Source: Octopus vulgaris
Taxonomy: Eukaryota
DNA: 64,000 bases
Assembly (NCBI GenBank): GCA_951406725.2
Contig: OX597828.1
Coordinates: 14,694,001-14,758,000 of the forward strand
Direction of reading: 5' to 3'
The notes under the pieces are model-generated. The model was not told the DNA's origin and searched no databases. It saw only the letters and a program-made list of their open reading frames with translations. Below are positions 24,773-37,880 of the stretch, in pieces; the first letter of the stretch is position 1, and every line of letters begins with the position of its first letter. The translations under genes and the position numbers were made by a program.

Positions 24773-27175
24773 TGTGTGTGTGTGTGTGCGCGTGCGCGCG
24801 CGCGCGTGTGTGTGTGCATGTGTGTGTGTGTGAGGCACAGGTATGACTGTGATTAAGAAGTTCATTTTTCAAACATATGGGATATTTTCAGACCCACTGT
24901 GTAGCACTTTAAGCAAGTTTTTTTCTATTCTATTATAGTCTCAAGCTGACTAAAACCTTGTGAGAGGACTTGTTAGATGGAAACTGACAGAAGCCCATTT
25001 CTGTAAAAACATGTCTGGCCAAGAGGAAAAGTGAATGTTAAAACAAGGATAATGATTTTTTTTTATTTTTATTTTTTATTTTATCTAGTTTCAGTTCAAG
25101 AGGCTGTGGCCATGCTGGGGCACCGCCATTTGATGTTGATACATGATTTTACTTCACGAATGCTTTTTAGCAACTGACATTTGGTGCATGAGAGTTCGAT
25201 GCAGCTGCCCTCATCTGCACCTCCTGCCGTGAAGTTGGTTCAACTGGGATGTATCTATCTATATATATCTTATCATCATTTAATGTGTCTTCTATGCTGG
25301 GTGGGGAATGGCAAGCTGGAGAGCGGCATCAAATATTTCCTGGCTTTGAATCACAAAAGGATACAGTTTTTGTTCAGAAAAATACCATCCATGATTTTAA
25401 AGCTTAACATCCGAGAAAACTCAGCAGATTTTACTATTGTCTCAGAGAAGAGAGAGAGAGAAAAGTTGGGGCACAAGATTGCTGTTGTTGTTTAGCTGTA
25501 ATCATTTAATCTTTTTCCTATGTGAAGAAAACCCAGAATCACATTACCCAATGTGTATTTTTCTACGATGGTGTGCTGTGATTTGAACATATAATATGCA
25601 GCCATTTCTAGCAGACTGACTGACCACTTCTTTGATATTACAGTGAGTGTAACTTTGTGCTGTTGAAAGAGACAAGACTCATCACGTCCACCTTTGAGAA
25701 CATTTCTTGCAGTCTCTGTGCATGGAGGCAGTGCAGGTTTTTCTGAGATGTCTAGGATGTGTGAATGATTCTTGAGTGACCGATGTTAAAGAGGATTGAT
25801 GAGTGGTTATCATCTTTGTACGAGTTGTTAGAAACCTTTGACAGCCAGGTCATTGACAGACAAAAGGAAGATTGGGACACACCAGTGATGATAGAGTGCT
25901 AATTAGAGAACACCGACTAATGCACACTTAACTGGCATGATCTGAGGAAGCATCTAATCTTGAAAAAAAGAAGATAGCTAGTGCTCATAAACAGGCAAGA
26001 AGATTCTAATGCCAGACACAGTAAAATCCTTTGCTGATGCCAGATTTCTAAGAAGCCAGTGTTGGATGGAAAAGGAGAGAAGGACCCTAATAGATCTGAA
26101 TTTATGAAAGTTGTGCTTGTAGTTTTATATGGAGAGAGAGGGATTCAAGTTGTTGGAGAAAGAGGTTAACTGGTTAGGAGCAAAAGGTTGATAATCAGAA
26201 AGACTGTTTTTCATGGGAACGGGAGACACTCCACCAGATTTCCAAAGATGAGGATACACAAGTAATTTGGGATAGTTTTTTTTTAAATAGCTGTAATTTT
26301 TTTTCTATTTATTGATATACTAAGCACAGGTACAGCTGTAAGGTTAAAAAAACCTAGCTTTGCGATAACATGGTGTCAGGTTCAGCCCATTAGAACAACA
26401 CCTTGTGTAAGTGTCTTCTACTATAGCCTTGAGTTGATCAATTGCTTGTGGGTGAATTTGGCAGGCAGATTATTGTGTGGAAGCCTGTTGCATGCATGTA
26501 TGCATCTGGGTCTATCGACTCAAACTGCTTGACAACTGGTGTTTGCTTTGTTTTCATATCCCCATAACCTAGCGGTTTCAGCAAAAAAGACCCAAGTATG
26601 AGTACCAGACCTCAAAAAAAAAAGGTACTTGTTTCTATTTATTCAACTAAACCCATCATGGTGATGCCCTAGCATGACTACAGTCAAATGACTGAAAGGA
26701 TAAAGACATTAAGCTAGCGTTGGGAATGCAACTATATATAAAGGCAGATTTTTACAAACTCAAAGCCCACATCCTTATTTTGATTGCTGGTTTAATTTAA
26801 ATAACTGTTTAACACAGATAGTTTTAACCAGGTTGGTAACAAAGAATGTAAGGCATATGTATGGAGGTCTTTGGAATAAAAGCATCAAACAGCTTAAATA
26901 ATGGAAGAAATAAAACAAAATGCTATTCAGTGACATGTAAAAGTGCCTGTGCAACACCATGTAAAAGCGCCCATGGGGTGTCACATAAATGCACCCGGTA
27001 CACACTGTAAAGTAGTTGGCGTTAGGAAGAGCATCCAGCCATAGAAACCCTGCAAAATCAGACTGGAGTCTGATGCAGCCCACCAGCTTTGGTCAAACTG
27101 TCCAACCCATGCCAGCATGGACAACAGATGTTAAATCATAATGATGATGATGACAATATAAGAAATAAGACTCAC

Positions 27176-27310
27176 CAATTTACTTTTGTCCCTGAGATAT
27201 TGGTAGTCTTCCAGCATACTGCTTAGTTCTTCACGAAGACTGCGAACTTCATCGGTGTACTTATCGCACTTCACAGTAAGGTCACTCACTAAATCTTTGG
27301 TTTGCCCCGT
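27176..27310 (-). CDS. SLMAP: SLMAP-like exon (TGQTKDLVSDLTVKCDKYTDEVRSLREELSSMLEDYQYLRDKSKL), 135 nt, phase 0-0
   Basis: TTCTTTTCAG acceptor, GTGAGT donor; coiled coil resembling the SLMAP pre-TM segment. Confidence 0.85.
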
Positions 27311-28933
27311 CTGAAAAGAATAATACCACATGGTAACGTTAAAGGTAGTTACATCAAGGAGAATTTTCAAACAAGATTTCATCAAAAGTCAGTAAAAGGT
27401 GTGTATGTGTGTAGGTGATGGTCAGAATTGGACGGGTCAGTTGTAGACAGAACAGTTCAAGCTGTGTCCCTGGTACTGAGGACAAGTCAAGTCGATTTAA
27501 CTCATAGATAGTACAGTCAAGCCAGTTATAAATGGGTAATGACAACAGAAGCACTGTATGATTTGCGAAATGTTTAGTTCATTAGTTGCAGGGTTTAGTT
27601 CAAATATTCTAATTTTGGCACAGGGCCAGTAATTTTGAGGAGAGTGGGGAAGTTGATTACTTTCTCCCTGGTGCATAACTGGTACTTATTTTATCAACAA
27701 TGATTCTGCCAGCTTACTGCTTTGAGATGCGCTGGCAGAATCATTTCTGTGTTTAGTTCAAATATTGATGTCTAATATAGGCAAAAGGACTAGAATCTAG
27801 GGTAGTGAGGGAAATGAAATACTTGATTACACTGACCCCCACTTTCCACAGTAATTGAAGGTACTTTAAATTTGACCTCAGTAATTGATGGTACTTTAAA
27901 TTTGAAAGGTGAAGTTGACCTCAGCAAAATTTGAACTTGGAAAATAAACTAACAAAAACAAAAATAAATAAATAAAATGCAAGATGTATTTTGTCTGACA
28001 CTATAACAGTCCTATCTGGAAAAGAATGAATGGGTTCCACCACATTGATTTGGGGCCTGTTAGAAAAAGCAACTAAATTTCCCTCACATTACACCCTACC
28101 AGCTACAAAAAAAAAGTGAAATGGGACACAATTATTTAAGTAATCATAGTTTCAAATTTTGGCATAAGGTCAGCAGTTTTGGGGGATGGGGGCAAGATTA
28201 CATCACCTGCAGAGCTCAAATGGTATTTATTTTATCAACCTTGAAAAGATGAAAGGCAAAGCTGTCCTCAACAGAATTTGAACTCAGAATGTAAGTACAA
28301 ACGAAATGTCACTAAGCATTTTGTCCAGCATACAAACAATTCTGCCAGCTTTCCACCTTTAACTTAAGTAATCATAAACAGAACAGCTCTGGATCACAGG
28401 TCTACTCCATCAAAGTGGACCTGGGGGTAAACAGCAGCAACAACTAAATAGTTACTGTATGAAGATGAAACCATTAGTGGTACCCCACCACCTTGCGCTT
28501 AGATGCCTTTCATGATAAGCATTCAGGCCTGACTTGATAATTTCCTACCAACAGTCTGGGAGACTTTGAAAAGGAACATAGGTGCCACCTCTCCTCTTTT
28601 GTGTTGGGGTCAAGAAGTACATCCAGTACTTACATAGGTTTCGGTCTGAACCCACTGCATGACACTTTTAGCAAGAATCTTCCACTATAATCTGAAGTTG
28701 ACCAAAGCTTTGTGTGAAAGCCCATTATTTATGTTGCCAGTACTGCCTAACTGGCCCTTGTGCTAGTGGCACGTAAAAGCACCCACTACATTTTCGGAGT
28801 GGTTGGCGTTAGGAAAGGCATCCAGCTGTAGAAACTCTGCCAGATCAGATTGGAGTCTGGTGCAGCCATCTGGTTCGCCAGACCTCAGTCAAATCGTCTA
28901 ACCCATGCTAGCATGGAAAGCGGACGTTAAACG

Positions 28934-28965
<32 letters not shown>

Positions 28966-29820
28966 ACACACACACATGCATGCATGCATGCATACATACA
29001 TACATGGTTTCAATTCCTGGACTGGGTGGTGCGTTGTGTTCTTGAGCAAAACACTTCATCTCACATTGCTCAGCAATCACTTCAACACCCGACACGTGAT
29101 ACACAGTGCACCTGTTCAGGCAACACCAATTTGATGGAATGAGGTGAGCCAATGTACAGCACATACATTTCATCACAATAAACAACAAATCATTTGTGCA
29201 GGCCGTTTGGCAAATGTTGAACTCTCACATACCATCTTCAATAGGAGAATCTATCTTGTACACATACACAGAGTATATTTGGGTGCCTGTCCTAATGTTG
29301 ACACCACTTTAAAAAAACATTGTATGTGTTTATGACCTATACTTAGTGGTGCAGCAAATAGTGATCACTAAAGTAAGTACCAGGTTCAATATAAACTAAA
29401 ATCCTTCAAAGTGGTGCCCCAACATGGCCACAAACTAACAACTAAAAGAGTCAAACACACACACACACACACACAGAAGAACAGGCATGGTTGTATGCTT
29501 AAGAAGCTTCCTTCTCAGCCATGTAGACTCAGGGTTCAGTCTCACTGCATGGCACCTCAGGCATGGCGTTTAGTACTAGAGCCCTGGGCAAACCAAAGCC
29601 TTGTGAGTGGATCTGGTAGATCCACTATAGAAAAAGCCCATTACATGTGTGTGTGTACGTGTTCACATTTTCATGTTTGTCACACCAAATAACAATTGGC
29701 GTCAGTTTGGTAATGCCCCCACCCCACTCCTAACTTGGGGTTAATCTGATTGACTACAGGTAGTGTCCAACCATGGCTGCAGTCCAATGACTGAAATCAG
29801 TAACATGTAAAAGTGTATGT

Positions 29821-30020
29821 CCGGCACTAGTTGCCATGATAGATCGTTAGCCACTACACACATTTTTTTCTCTCCTTGTTTTTTTCTGTGTCCCTAACTG
29901 TAGAAGAGCGTAGGCTCGAAACGTAAAAGACTTTTTCTATTCCTGAGCGTTATACTAATACATTTGTTTGTTTTGTACACTAGCTGACTTGGTCTTGTTT
30001 TTTTCGTAAACTCTCCCTCT
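29821..30020 (+). mobile_element. Microsatellite-associated mini-element with a degenerate hammerhead-like motif (29894-29930)
   Basis: CTGTAGA-A-GAGC GTAG GCTC-GAAA-CG-TA; ends in (CT)n(TA)n; stem I is poorly paired. Confidence 0.4.
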
Positions 30021-31254
30021 CTCTCTCTCTATATATATATATATGCACACACACACACTCAGCCAGCATGGTCATAACTGAAGACCTAGTTTCACTAAAT
30101 CTTCACACAATATAACTCTGTGTAGTGTACACCATGCCAAGACATACTAACACATAAGGAAGGCGGCCAAATGAATTAAAACCACACACACACACACACA
30201 CACAAGCAGTTGTAACATATTCCCCTATTGCTTAAGATAATGGAACAAATATATACAAATATATGCTAATGTTTGTTTTTATGTTCAAAACGTAATATAA
30301 TAAAAAACAATTTTACACTAATCTGATGGATTACTCTGTACTCTTGTGGAGTAAAAAACTATTATTCTTAAACAAGAGTATTGTTTGAAACTTCGAAGTC
30401 ACAGTCACATTTGTCCCACTGATTGTTTCACCTCTTTGTATGAAACACATATACAGTTTGCGTAAGGACAGACTTAATTTCACTAAATCTTTACTCGTTA
30501 CAACTTGTATATGCTGTCAAGATACTCATATAAAAACAAGGAGACCAACTAAACTCTCACTCACACACACACAAAAAGGAAAATGGCCCAGTGGTTAGCG
30601 CGTTGCATTCACAATCACAAGGTCATGGTTTAACCCTTTAGCATTCAGATTACTTAACTCTCTTTTACTGGTTTCAGTCATTTGACTGTGGCCATGCTGG
30701 AGCACCGCATTTAGTCGAGCAAATCGACCCCAGGACATTCTTTGTAAGCCTAGTACTTATTCTATCTGTCTCTTTTGCTGAACCCACTAAGTTACGGGGA
30801 AGTAAACACATCAGCATCGGTTGCCAAATGATGTTGGTGGGACAAACACAGACACACAAACATACATCATCATCATCATTTAACATCCGTTTCCATGCTA
30901 GCATGGGTTGGACGGTTCGACCGGGGTCTGGCAAGCCAGGAGGCTGCACCAGGCTCTAGTCTGATTTGGCAGTGTTTCTACAGCGGGATGCCCTTCCTAA
31001 TGCCAACCACTCCGTGAGTGTAGTGGGTGTTTTTTACGTGCCACCGGCACAGGGGCCAGAGCAGGCTGGCAAATTCTGTCTAAAGGCTACAATATCATTA
31101 AGTTAGTGTAAGGAACATAAATTGTGACTTAGGTTTGGTGGAAGATTTAAAACAAAACTTATGAAAACAGGACATTTGTACTCAGAGCCAGAGGCGGTTT
31201 CAGCTGGGTTGGTATCAGAAGAGTTAAAAATAATATGCTGTCAGCTTAGACTCC

Positions 31255-31420
31255 CATATGAGAAGTGGTGGGAACATAAGCCTGCCAAAGTACTAGCAAA
31301 TAAAGACAACACTGTTCTTTGAGATTTTGGTATTGAAATTCACTGAGCTATTCAGGCCAACAGACCAGACATTGTGGTAAAAAATCACATTGACAAAATA
31401 TGTGTTTGCTCATAGATATG
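31255..31420 (+). mobile_element. R4/Dong-like LINE fragment (restriction-like endonuclease)
   Basis: EKWWEHKPAKVLANKDNTVL*DFGI...IQANRPDIVVKNHIDKIC..LID. Confidence 0.75.
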
Positions 31421-31436
31421 TAACACTTCTATAAAG

Positions 31437-31800
31437 TCATTTGAATATTGAAGTAAATACAAGGACTTTCAGCAGGTCTCCATAAAGACATTCATTTGTA
31501 ACATGTTGCTGCCATTTCACAATCAGGGCCATTTGTAACATCCATTTAGCCAGTGTCCATGTCTCACTGTCATATACTAGCTCTGATTCAACAGTTGCAA
31601 TGAACAGCTTGCTAACTTTCAGCAGGTTTCCATAAAGACATCCATTTGTCATATGTTGCTGCCATTTCAGATTCAAGGCTGTTTGTAGCATCCTTGTGTA
31701 GCAACCATTTAGCCCGTTTGATAATTTCGTTGTCAGCATCCATGTTTGACTGCTATATAATAGCTTTGACTATCTGGTCACTGCTTGCACCACCCTGAAC
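31437..31800 (-). mobile_element. RTE-group LINE fragment with internal ~150-bp duplication
   Basis: ATVESELVYDSETWTL and LNGCYTRMLQTAL; the WQQH.TN.CLYG.L motif occurs twice. Confidence 0.75.
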
Positions 31801-31812
31801 CGAGCAAAAGCA

Positions 31813-32215
31813 TCTCTATATATATAAACAGCAAAATGTCTGTCTGTGTGTGTGTGTGCATGTCCTTTATACAAATCCACAATTTTTTAGTTAGAGGGCT
31901 TACACTTACTATGGTTATTCAAAACCGTCCAAGGGTGGTCGTGCACATCTTTACATTTCCCCGGTCGTGCACATCTTTACATTTCCCCAGTCACCCCGCA
32001 AAGCCATTAAAAAATCAATAGAAGTGACATTTTTTGTGAATTTTCTATCCAAAACCCAATCAAAATGCCTGAAACTTGATACGCCAATTGAATGCCAGCT
32101 AGCTGTATGTGACTGGTCGGAGATTTGGACAGTACTCGCGTGTATGTGCGCATGCACGCAGCTGTATATGCATGCACGAGCACTATGACCGGGCGTTGCC
32201 GGGTCCTAGTGCTAG
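31813..32215 (+). mobile_element. Non-autonomous Helitron
   Basis: A|TC 5' end; subterminal hairpin GACCGGGC-GTT-GCCGGGTC (32187-32205); CTAG|T 3' end; no TSD. Confidence 0.85.
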
Positions 32216-35200
32216 TAAAATAATAAAATATATATATATACACACACACACATACACATATATATGATGGGCTTCTTTCAGTTTCTACCAAATCCACTCA
32301 CAAGGCTTTGGACGGCCCGACGCTATTGTAGAAGACACTTGCCCAAGGTGCCACACAGTGGGACTGAACCTGGAACCATGTGGTTTGTAAGCAAGCTACT
32401 TACCACACAGCCACTTCTACACTTTTGTCAAACATACTTATATATTCACATTTTATGAAATTAATCCTGTGTTATCTCATAGCTTTGAGATTTCGAAGAT
32501 ATGATTATTTTTAGTATGACATTGCAGTGTGGGTGTGAGAGGCTGGATCTGACCAGTCTGGATATAAAACAGGTAAAATATTTTGGCCAGATATGGCCAG
32601 TTTAAATGCTAAAGGGTGCATTGTGTTCTTGAGCAAAACACTTCATTTCACATTGCTCCAGCTGTAAATGGGGAACCCTCCCTGCAACAGATCTGTGTTC
32701 TATTCAAGGGGATGAAACTAGCCAGCCAGCCAGCCTGTCTGCCTGGCCAGTAGGATAGCATCATTCAAAAGCTACAACAATGCAAGGAAGTGCATTGTGA
32801 CCAGTGATGCAGAATATCTGATAGCCTGATCAACACACAACATACAATTAAGTTTTCTCTTTTCTTGAATTTTTCAAATCACATTGAAGTATCACAAATT
32901 TTCATTATAGAACAAGCAAATTACTAATATATATATATTTAAATAACACAGCATAAAAAACATCTTTCAAAATAGTTAAGAAAAATGCAGAAAAGCGGGG
33001 TAGGTAGATGAAGGGTTGAGAAAGCAACTGGCTGGTAAGAACTGACGCTGTTGTAGAAAAGTAGAGACAATATTTAATAAGCGAGAAATTATGCCTCAGT
33101 AATGAGATGATGCACATGCATTAGCTGCACTTTATAAGGAAAAAAAAAAAAGGACCACACGCAGCAAACAGCCGACACACAAATCCCACCCGCCAAAATA
33201 AAAAAAGAAAAGAAATGAAAAAGATCAAACTCCAAAAGCTCCACAGAACAGAATGAACAGATAGATAAACAAACAGAAACATAATCATCAGGAGTTCAAA
33301 ATCCTGAACAGTCAACATTTCATTGAAACATTAATACAATTTCTTTTTCTATTTTTTTTTTTTCTTCTAGTGCTGCTCAACTTTTTCTTTGACAAACTCA
33401 CTTTCAATGATGATAAAGTTTGTGTCTAGTTAGTAGAACAGATTAAAATGTCTGAGACACGTTATTGTTAATTATATGATTATATTTCCGTCCAACCCGT
33501 GCTAGCGCGGAAAACGGATGTTAAACGATGATGATGATGGACTATTACCCTACATCTTTTGACATGAAACAAAAATGTTTTAATATTCACATCCTACACA
33601 ACGTTGCAATCATTTTGATCTCAAATTGTGAACAGGGATAAGACCCCATATGACAATCAGAGATAGAATCATAGATAGTCAATGTAAAGATGTAATTAAT
33701 AAAACCCTTTTCATCATTAAAGATGAGGATCAAAGTCTAACTAAATTATAAATGCAGCAGTATGGATGTTTTGTGTAATTAGTAGGAAGGTATGTTTATA
33801 TGTCAGATTTGGGTCTTCTCAAGGGTTTGATGTATAATTGGAATTCAAAAATGCTGTCAGCTAGTGACAAAATTGGTCACTGCTTTAAGAGCATCTGGTT
33901 TTCTTATAAGTAAGTTTCTTGTCAGCCAAACAGACATTAAATATCTAATTCTACACCAAAATTCAGCTAATATTAAGATCCTACTGTATCTATTATATAT
34001 AATCATCAGAATAATGGATAGGGAAATCCAGCAGAGTGATGGAGTAAATAGCATGCAATATCTACTCAAGTCAAGGCGGCAACCTAGCAGAATCGTTGGT
34101 ATGCCAGGCAAACTACATAGCAGTATTTTATCCATATGTCCTGAGTTCAAAATTCCACCACAGTCAACTATGTCTTTCATCCTTTCAGTGTCAATAGAAT
34201 AAATACCAGTTGAGTACTGGGGGTCAATGTAACTGACTATTCCCTTCCCACAAATTTCAGGCCTTGTGCTTATAGTAGAAAGGATTATTATTATTAAGGT
34301 GGTAAGTTAACAGGATTGTTAGAGCATTGGGGAAAATACCCTGTGGTATATCTTACGGCTCTCGACATTTTAAGTTCAAATCCTACCAAAGCCAATAAAA
34401 TAAGCACCAGTCAAAAACAATTATCATCACTGTGTGATATTCTTTAATTTGTTGTCCAACCCCTGGAAAGCAGACGTTAAACGATGACGATTTTTATAGG
34501 AGGAATGTTTTCCTTTTATGATTTGTACATTTGCTAATTAGTAAAACAACTGCATTTATATGGCCAAATATCCTTTGTACTGCTAACGCCACTTGACCAT
34601 GAAGTATGAGTAAAACCTTTTTGTCAGCCAAGCAGACTGAGACCTCTAAGGATTAAAAAAAAAATCAAACCCTGCGACTAATGGTCGTAATTATCTTTTC
34701 TACTCCTCACCAGATAACTACAATGTATTTCAGTTTTGTGTGTGTGTGTGTGTGAGAGAGAGAGGGTCATTACACACCTCTAGATAGTTATTATACTAGC
34801 TAGAAACAACTGACAAATCTCCCTCAAATCACATTGTCATCTTAATAAAACATAACTGGTAATGTAATCTGAGATCCACAATGACCAAAGGAAAAAAAAA
34901 CAAAAAGACGAGATGGTCATAGCTGAACTACATAATGAGCCTGTTTACGAGGGTCAACAAGTGGCTGAACAGCAACAGACCACAATTAGAGACATAGAGG
35001 GCCTACAGCCTAGGGCAAAACTGGAGCAAAATAATGATGGACAATCTGGTTTCAGTGCAGAAAATGGTATCTCTAGCACCTTGATTTGGTTCACAAGAAC
35101 CGTTAACCTCAGTCCCAGCAAACTAATAAAGCTGTTGGTGAAGATACAGTGCTCCTGCTTCTTACAGCAGTGAACTGGCCTTATTGTATGTGGTACCTAC

Positions 35201-35930
35201 ATACAGCTAAGTAGACTGAACCAGCGAGAGCAGTTAAGTACCTTCAGCAACAAACTAAGTAGTAAACAGGATATGAACCACTGTCTGGTTAGGTAAATGT
35301 CTGACACCTATGTATGAGACTATAATTGCGACTTTATGATGGTTTGAACTCTTGTCAATCTGTTCAGCACCTTGACCTTACAATCACTGTGCCTGGTCAG
35401 GGTCAATCTTTAAATAGTTTGAATGTCTTAATGGTGATTGGAAGCAACATTTTCGTATAACAAGACACAGTGTAAAGGTTTGAAGCTAGATGGCGGGAGG
35501 CTGCAATGTTACGTCATGAAAGGTTCGTTAAGATGAAGAATGAGGAGAGAAAAAAACAATTGAAGCAGGTGAGAGTGTAGTGAGAGAGTAGTAGTAATAG
35601 TAGTAGTAATAATAATAGTAGTAATAATAGTAGTAGTAGGAATCAGTGGAGTTCATGCAGTGTGTAGTGTAGCTGTGGTACCTGAGCTGGTAACTGGTCA
35701 CTGCTTAACCTGTCTGGAGAATGGCCAATGCCCTGCTGGTCAAGTTTTCCTGAAACAGCAGTGACAGCAGCAGCAGCAGTAGTGGTAGCAGTAGTTGTGG
35801 TAGTTGTTGTTGTAGAAGTAGTAGTAGTATAAGCAGAGCAGCTAGGAGACGAAATAGTAGTTGTAGTGATGGTAGTAGTAGTAGTAGGAGGAATAGGAGA
35901 AAGACTTGTCATGGCTGGATTCACGCTCAC

Positions 35931-36090
35931 CTCCTGTTTAGCTTGTTCAGCCTCTTTTTGGGCATCTGTCATATTGGATTTCCAAAGAATTGCTTTGTGT
36001 TCCAGTTTGACCTTCAAAGCTTCAAGTTCTCGGTGGGAATCTTGCAGTTTGTTGTAATCAGATGACAGTTGTAAATTTTCTTTCCTTGAT
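35931..36090 (-). CDS. SLMAP: SLMAP-like exon (SRKENLQLSSDYNKLQDSHRELEALKVKLEHKAILWKSNMTDAQKEAEQAKQE), 160 nt, phase 2-0
   Basis: TTTTGTAG acceptor, GTGAGC donor. With the previous exon it gives LRKRIHAIETEMKLSRKENLQLSSD, similar to vertebrate SLMAP LRKEWNALETECHSLKRENVLLSSE (recalled from memory). Confidence 0.88.
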
Positions 36091-37494
36091 CTACAAAATC
36101 AACATTAATTGTTCAAGTTTCCCCAGATTCTCTTTCGTTTATTCATTTATTTATTTTTAAAATAAAAAAAAACACATTTTCAGAATAAATATATACAAAC
36201 AGTTAAAAGAAAACATAGAATGAAAATAAAATGACCAAAGAAAGAAAAAATGCACAATTCACCAATACAGAAATTCTGTCCTACTTTCTGCATAATTTTA
36301 CTACAAAAACTATAAAATCTAGCTGGATACAAAAAATACAGTGAAAACTTGTGACAACATGAAGTTATTTCAGAACCAAACAGAAACACTGATCATTATG
36401 AAAATGAATCATATTCTCTCTTATATTTAACTTGTACCTTGTGGGTATGTCCTCATCATCTCTCTTTCTCACACACTCTCTCATGCGCGTGCGCGCTATC
36501 TCTCTTGAGGGAAGCCATGTATTCATCTATTCAACAAGACACTTGTCCTGTCCCTCTATCATGCTTTCACTACAATACTATACTCCACTCAGCTGAGGCA
36601 GGTCTTGTCTTGCAAGTGTTTAGATAACCTCACTAATGCTGCTACCGTGATTTAGGGGGGAAAAAAAAAAAAATGGCACCCTGTATACTCTGCAAAACAG
36701 TTGGCGTTAGGAAGGACATCTAAGAGTAGAAACCATGCTGAAGAAGACACTGGAAAAAGCAACATCAAATGAGGATGATGATTTAGTTGCTAATTTCATA
36801 CATAAAAATTCACCAAAAGATATAAAAAAAAAAAGAGTGCTCACTTAAATGAATATCAGCTGATCGCAGTTATTTTGAGATAATCTCAACCAACCTATTG
36901 CTGACAGTGAGGCAAACCAAAGCAATTTATAAAAAGTTCTCTAAACCCCCCGAATCACCTGCGGCTTATTTAAACTCTCCATCTACAACATACTAAAAAG
37001 GCCGATACTTTACATACTTTTAACCATCTTGCCTCTGCTGTATATCAATTTCATCTTTCTGAAATCGCTGATAAATACTCGTCAAATACTAGAGGGACTA
37101 TACTTTTAAAAGTAGTGTCCTAATTATCAGTTGAATGCCTGGAGCTGTTATATACGAAATTTATGTAAACCCTTATTTGAAAAACATGTAAAACACATGA
37201 TACACACAGATATATATGCATGTATGTGTGTATGTGTGTATATATATATATATATATTAGTCGATTCATAGGGTTACCCAGGGTTTTGAATCCATAAAGC
37301 AATTGGCTTTGCAGTCATTAGGGTCTAACAAAACATATGTAAGGCTTAGTGCTTTATGAAGCAAAACACTAGGTGACCCTACGAATTGGCCATAATTATC
37401 TTTATCAAAATACTCTATTGCTCTAACTTAGAGTGTGCTTCTCTTTAGGATTTGTGATTTATTGATGATATATTTGTGTTTGTGTGTGTGTTCT

Positions 37495-37880
37495 GGCTGT
37501 GTGGTAAGTAGCTTGCTAACCAACCACATGGTTCCGGGTTCAGTCCCACTGCGTGGCATCTTGGGCAAGTGTCTTCTGCTATAGCCCCGGGCCAACCAAT
37601 GCCATGTGAGTGGATTTGGTAGACGGAAACTGAAAGAAGCCTGTCGTATATATGTATATATATAAATATGTGTGTGTGTGTGTGTGGGTTTGTGTGTCTG
37701 AGTTTGTCCCCCTAGCATTGCTTGACAACCGATGCTGGTGTGTTTACGTCCCCGTCACTTAGTGGTTCGGCAAAAGAGACCGATAGAATAAGTACTGGGC
37801 TTACAAAGAATAAGTCCCGGGGTCGATTTGATCGACTAAAGGCGGTGCTCCAGCATGGCTGCAGTCAAATGACTGAAACA
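37495..37880 (+). mobile_element. Full-length CORE-like tRNA-derived SINE with internal (TA)/(TG) tract
   Basis: GGCTGTGTGGTAAG head, GGTTCAGTCC B-box, CTTGGGCAAGT core, GTAAAAGAG tail; other copies at 267-2506, 11790, 30660 and 32264. Confidence 0.88.

Noticed and set aside
25640-26260. Coding-like composition, also at 5550-6290, 8410-8800 and 22560-23140
   Set aside because: No recognisable motif or consistent splice and frame fit; probably old TE debris that I cannot assign
33121-33318. Hydrophobic ORF as another TM exon
   Set aside because: Hydrophobicity is explained by T-rich composition and the acceptor is weak
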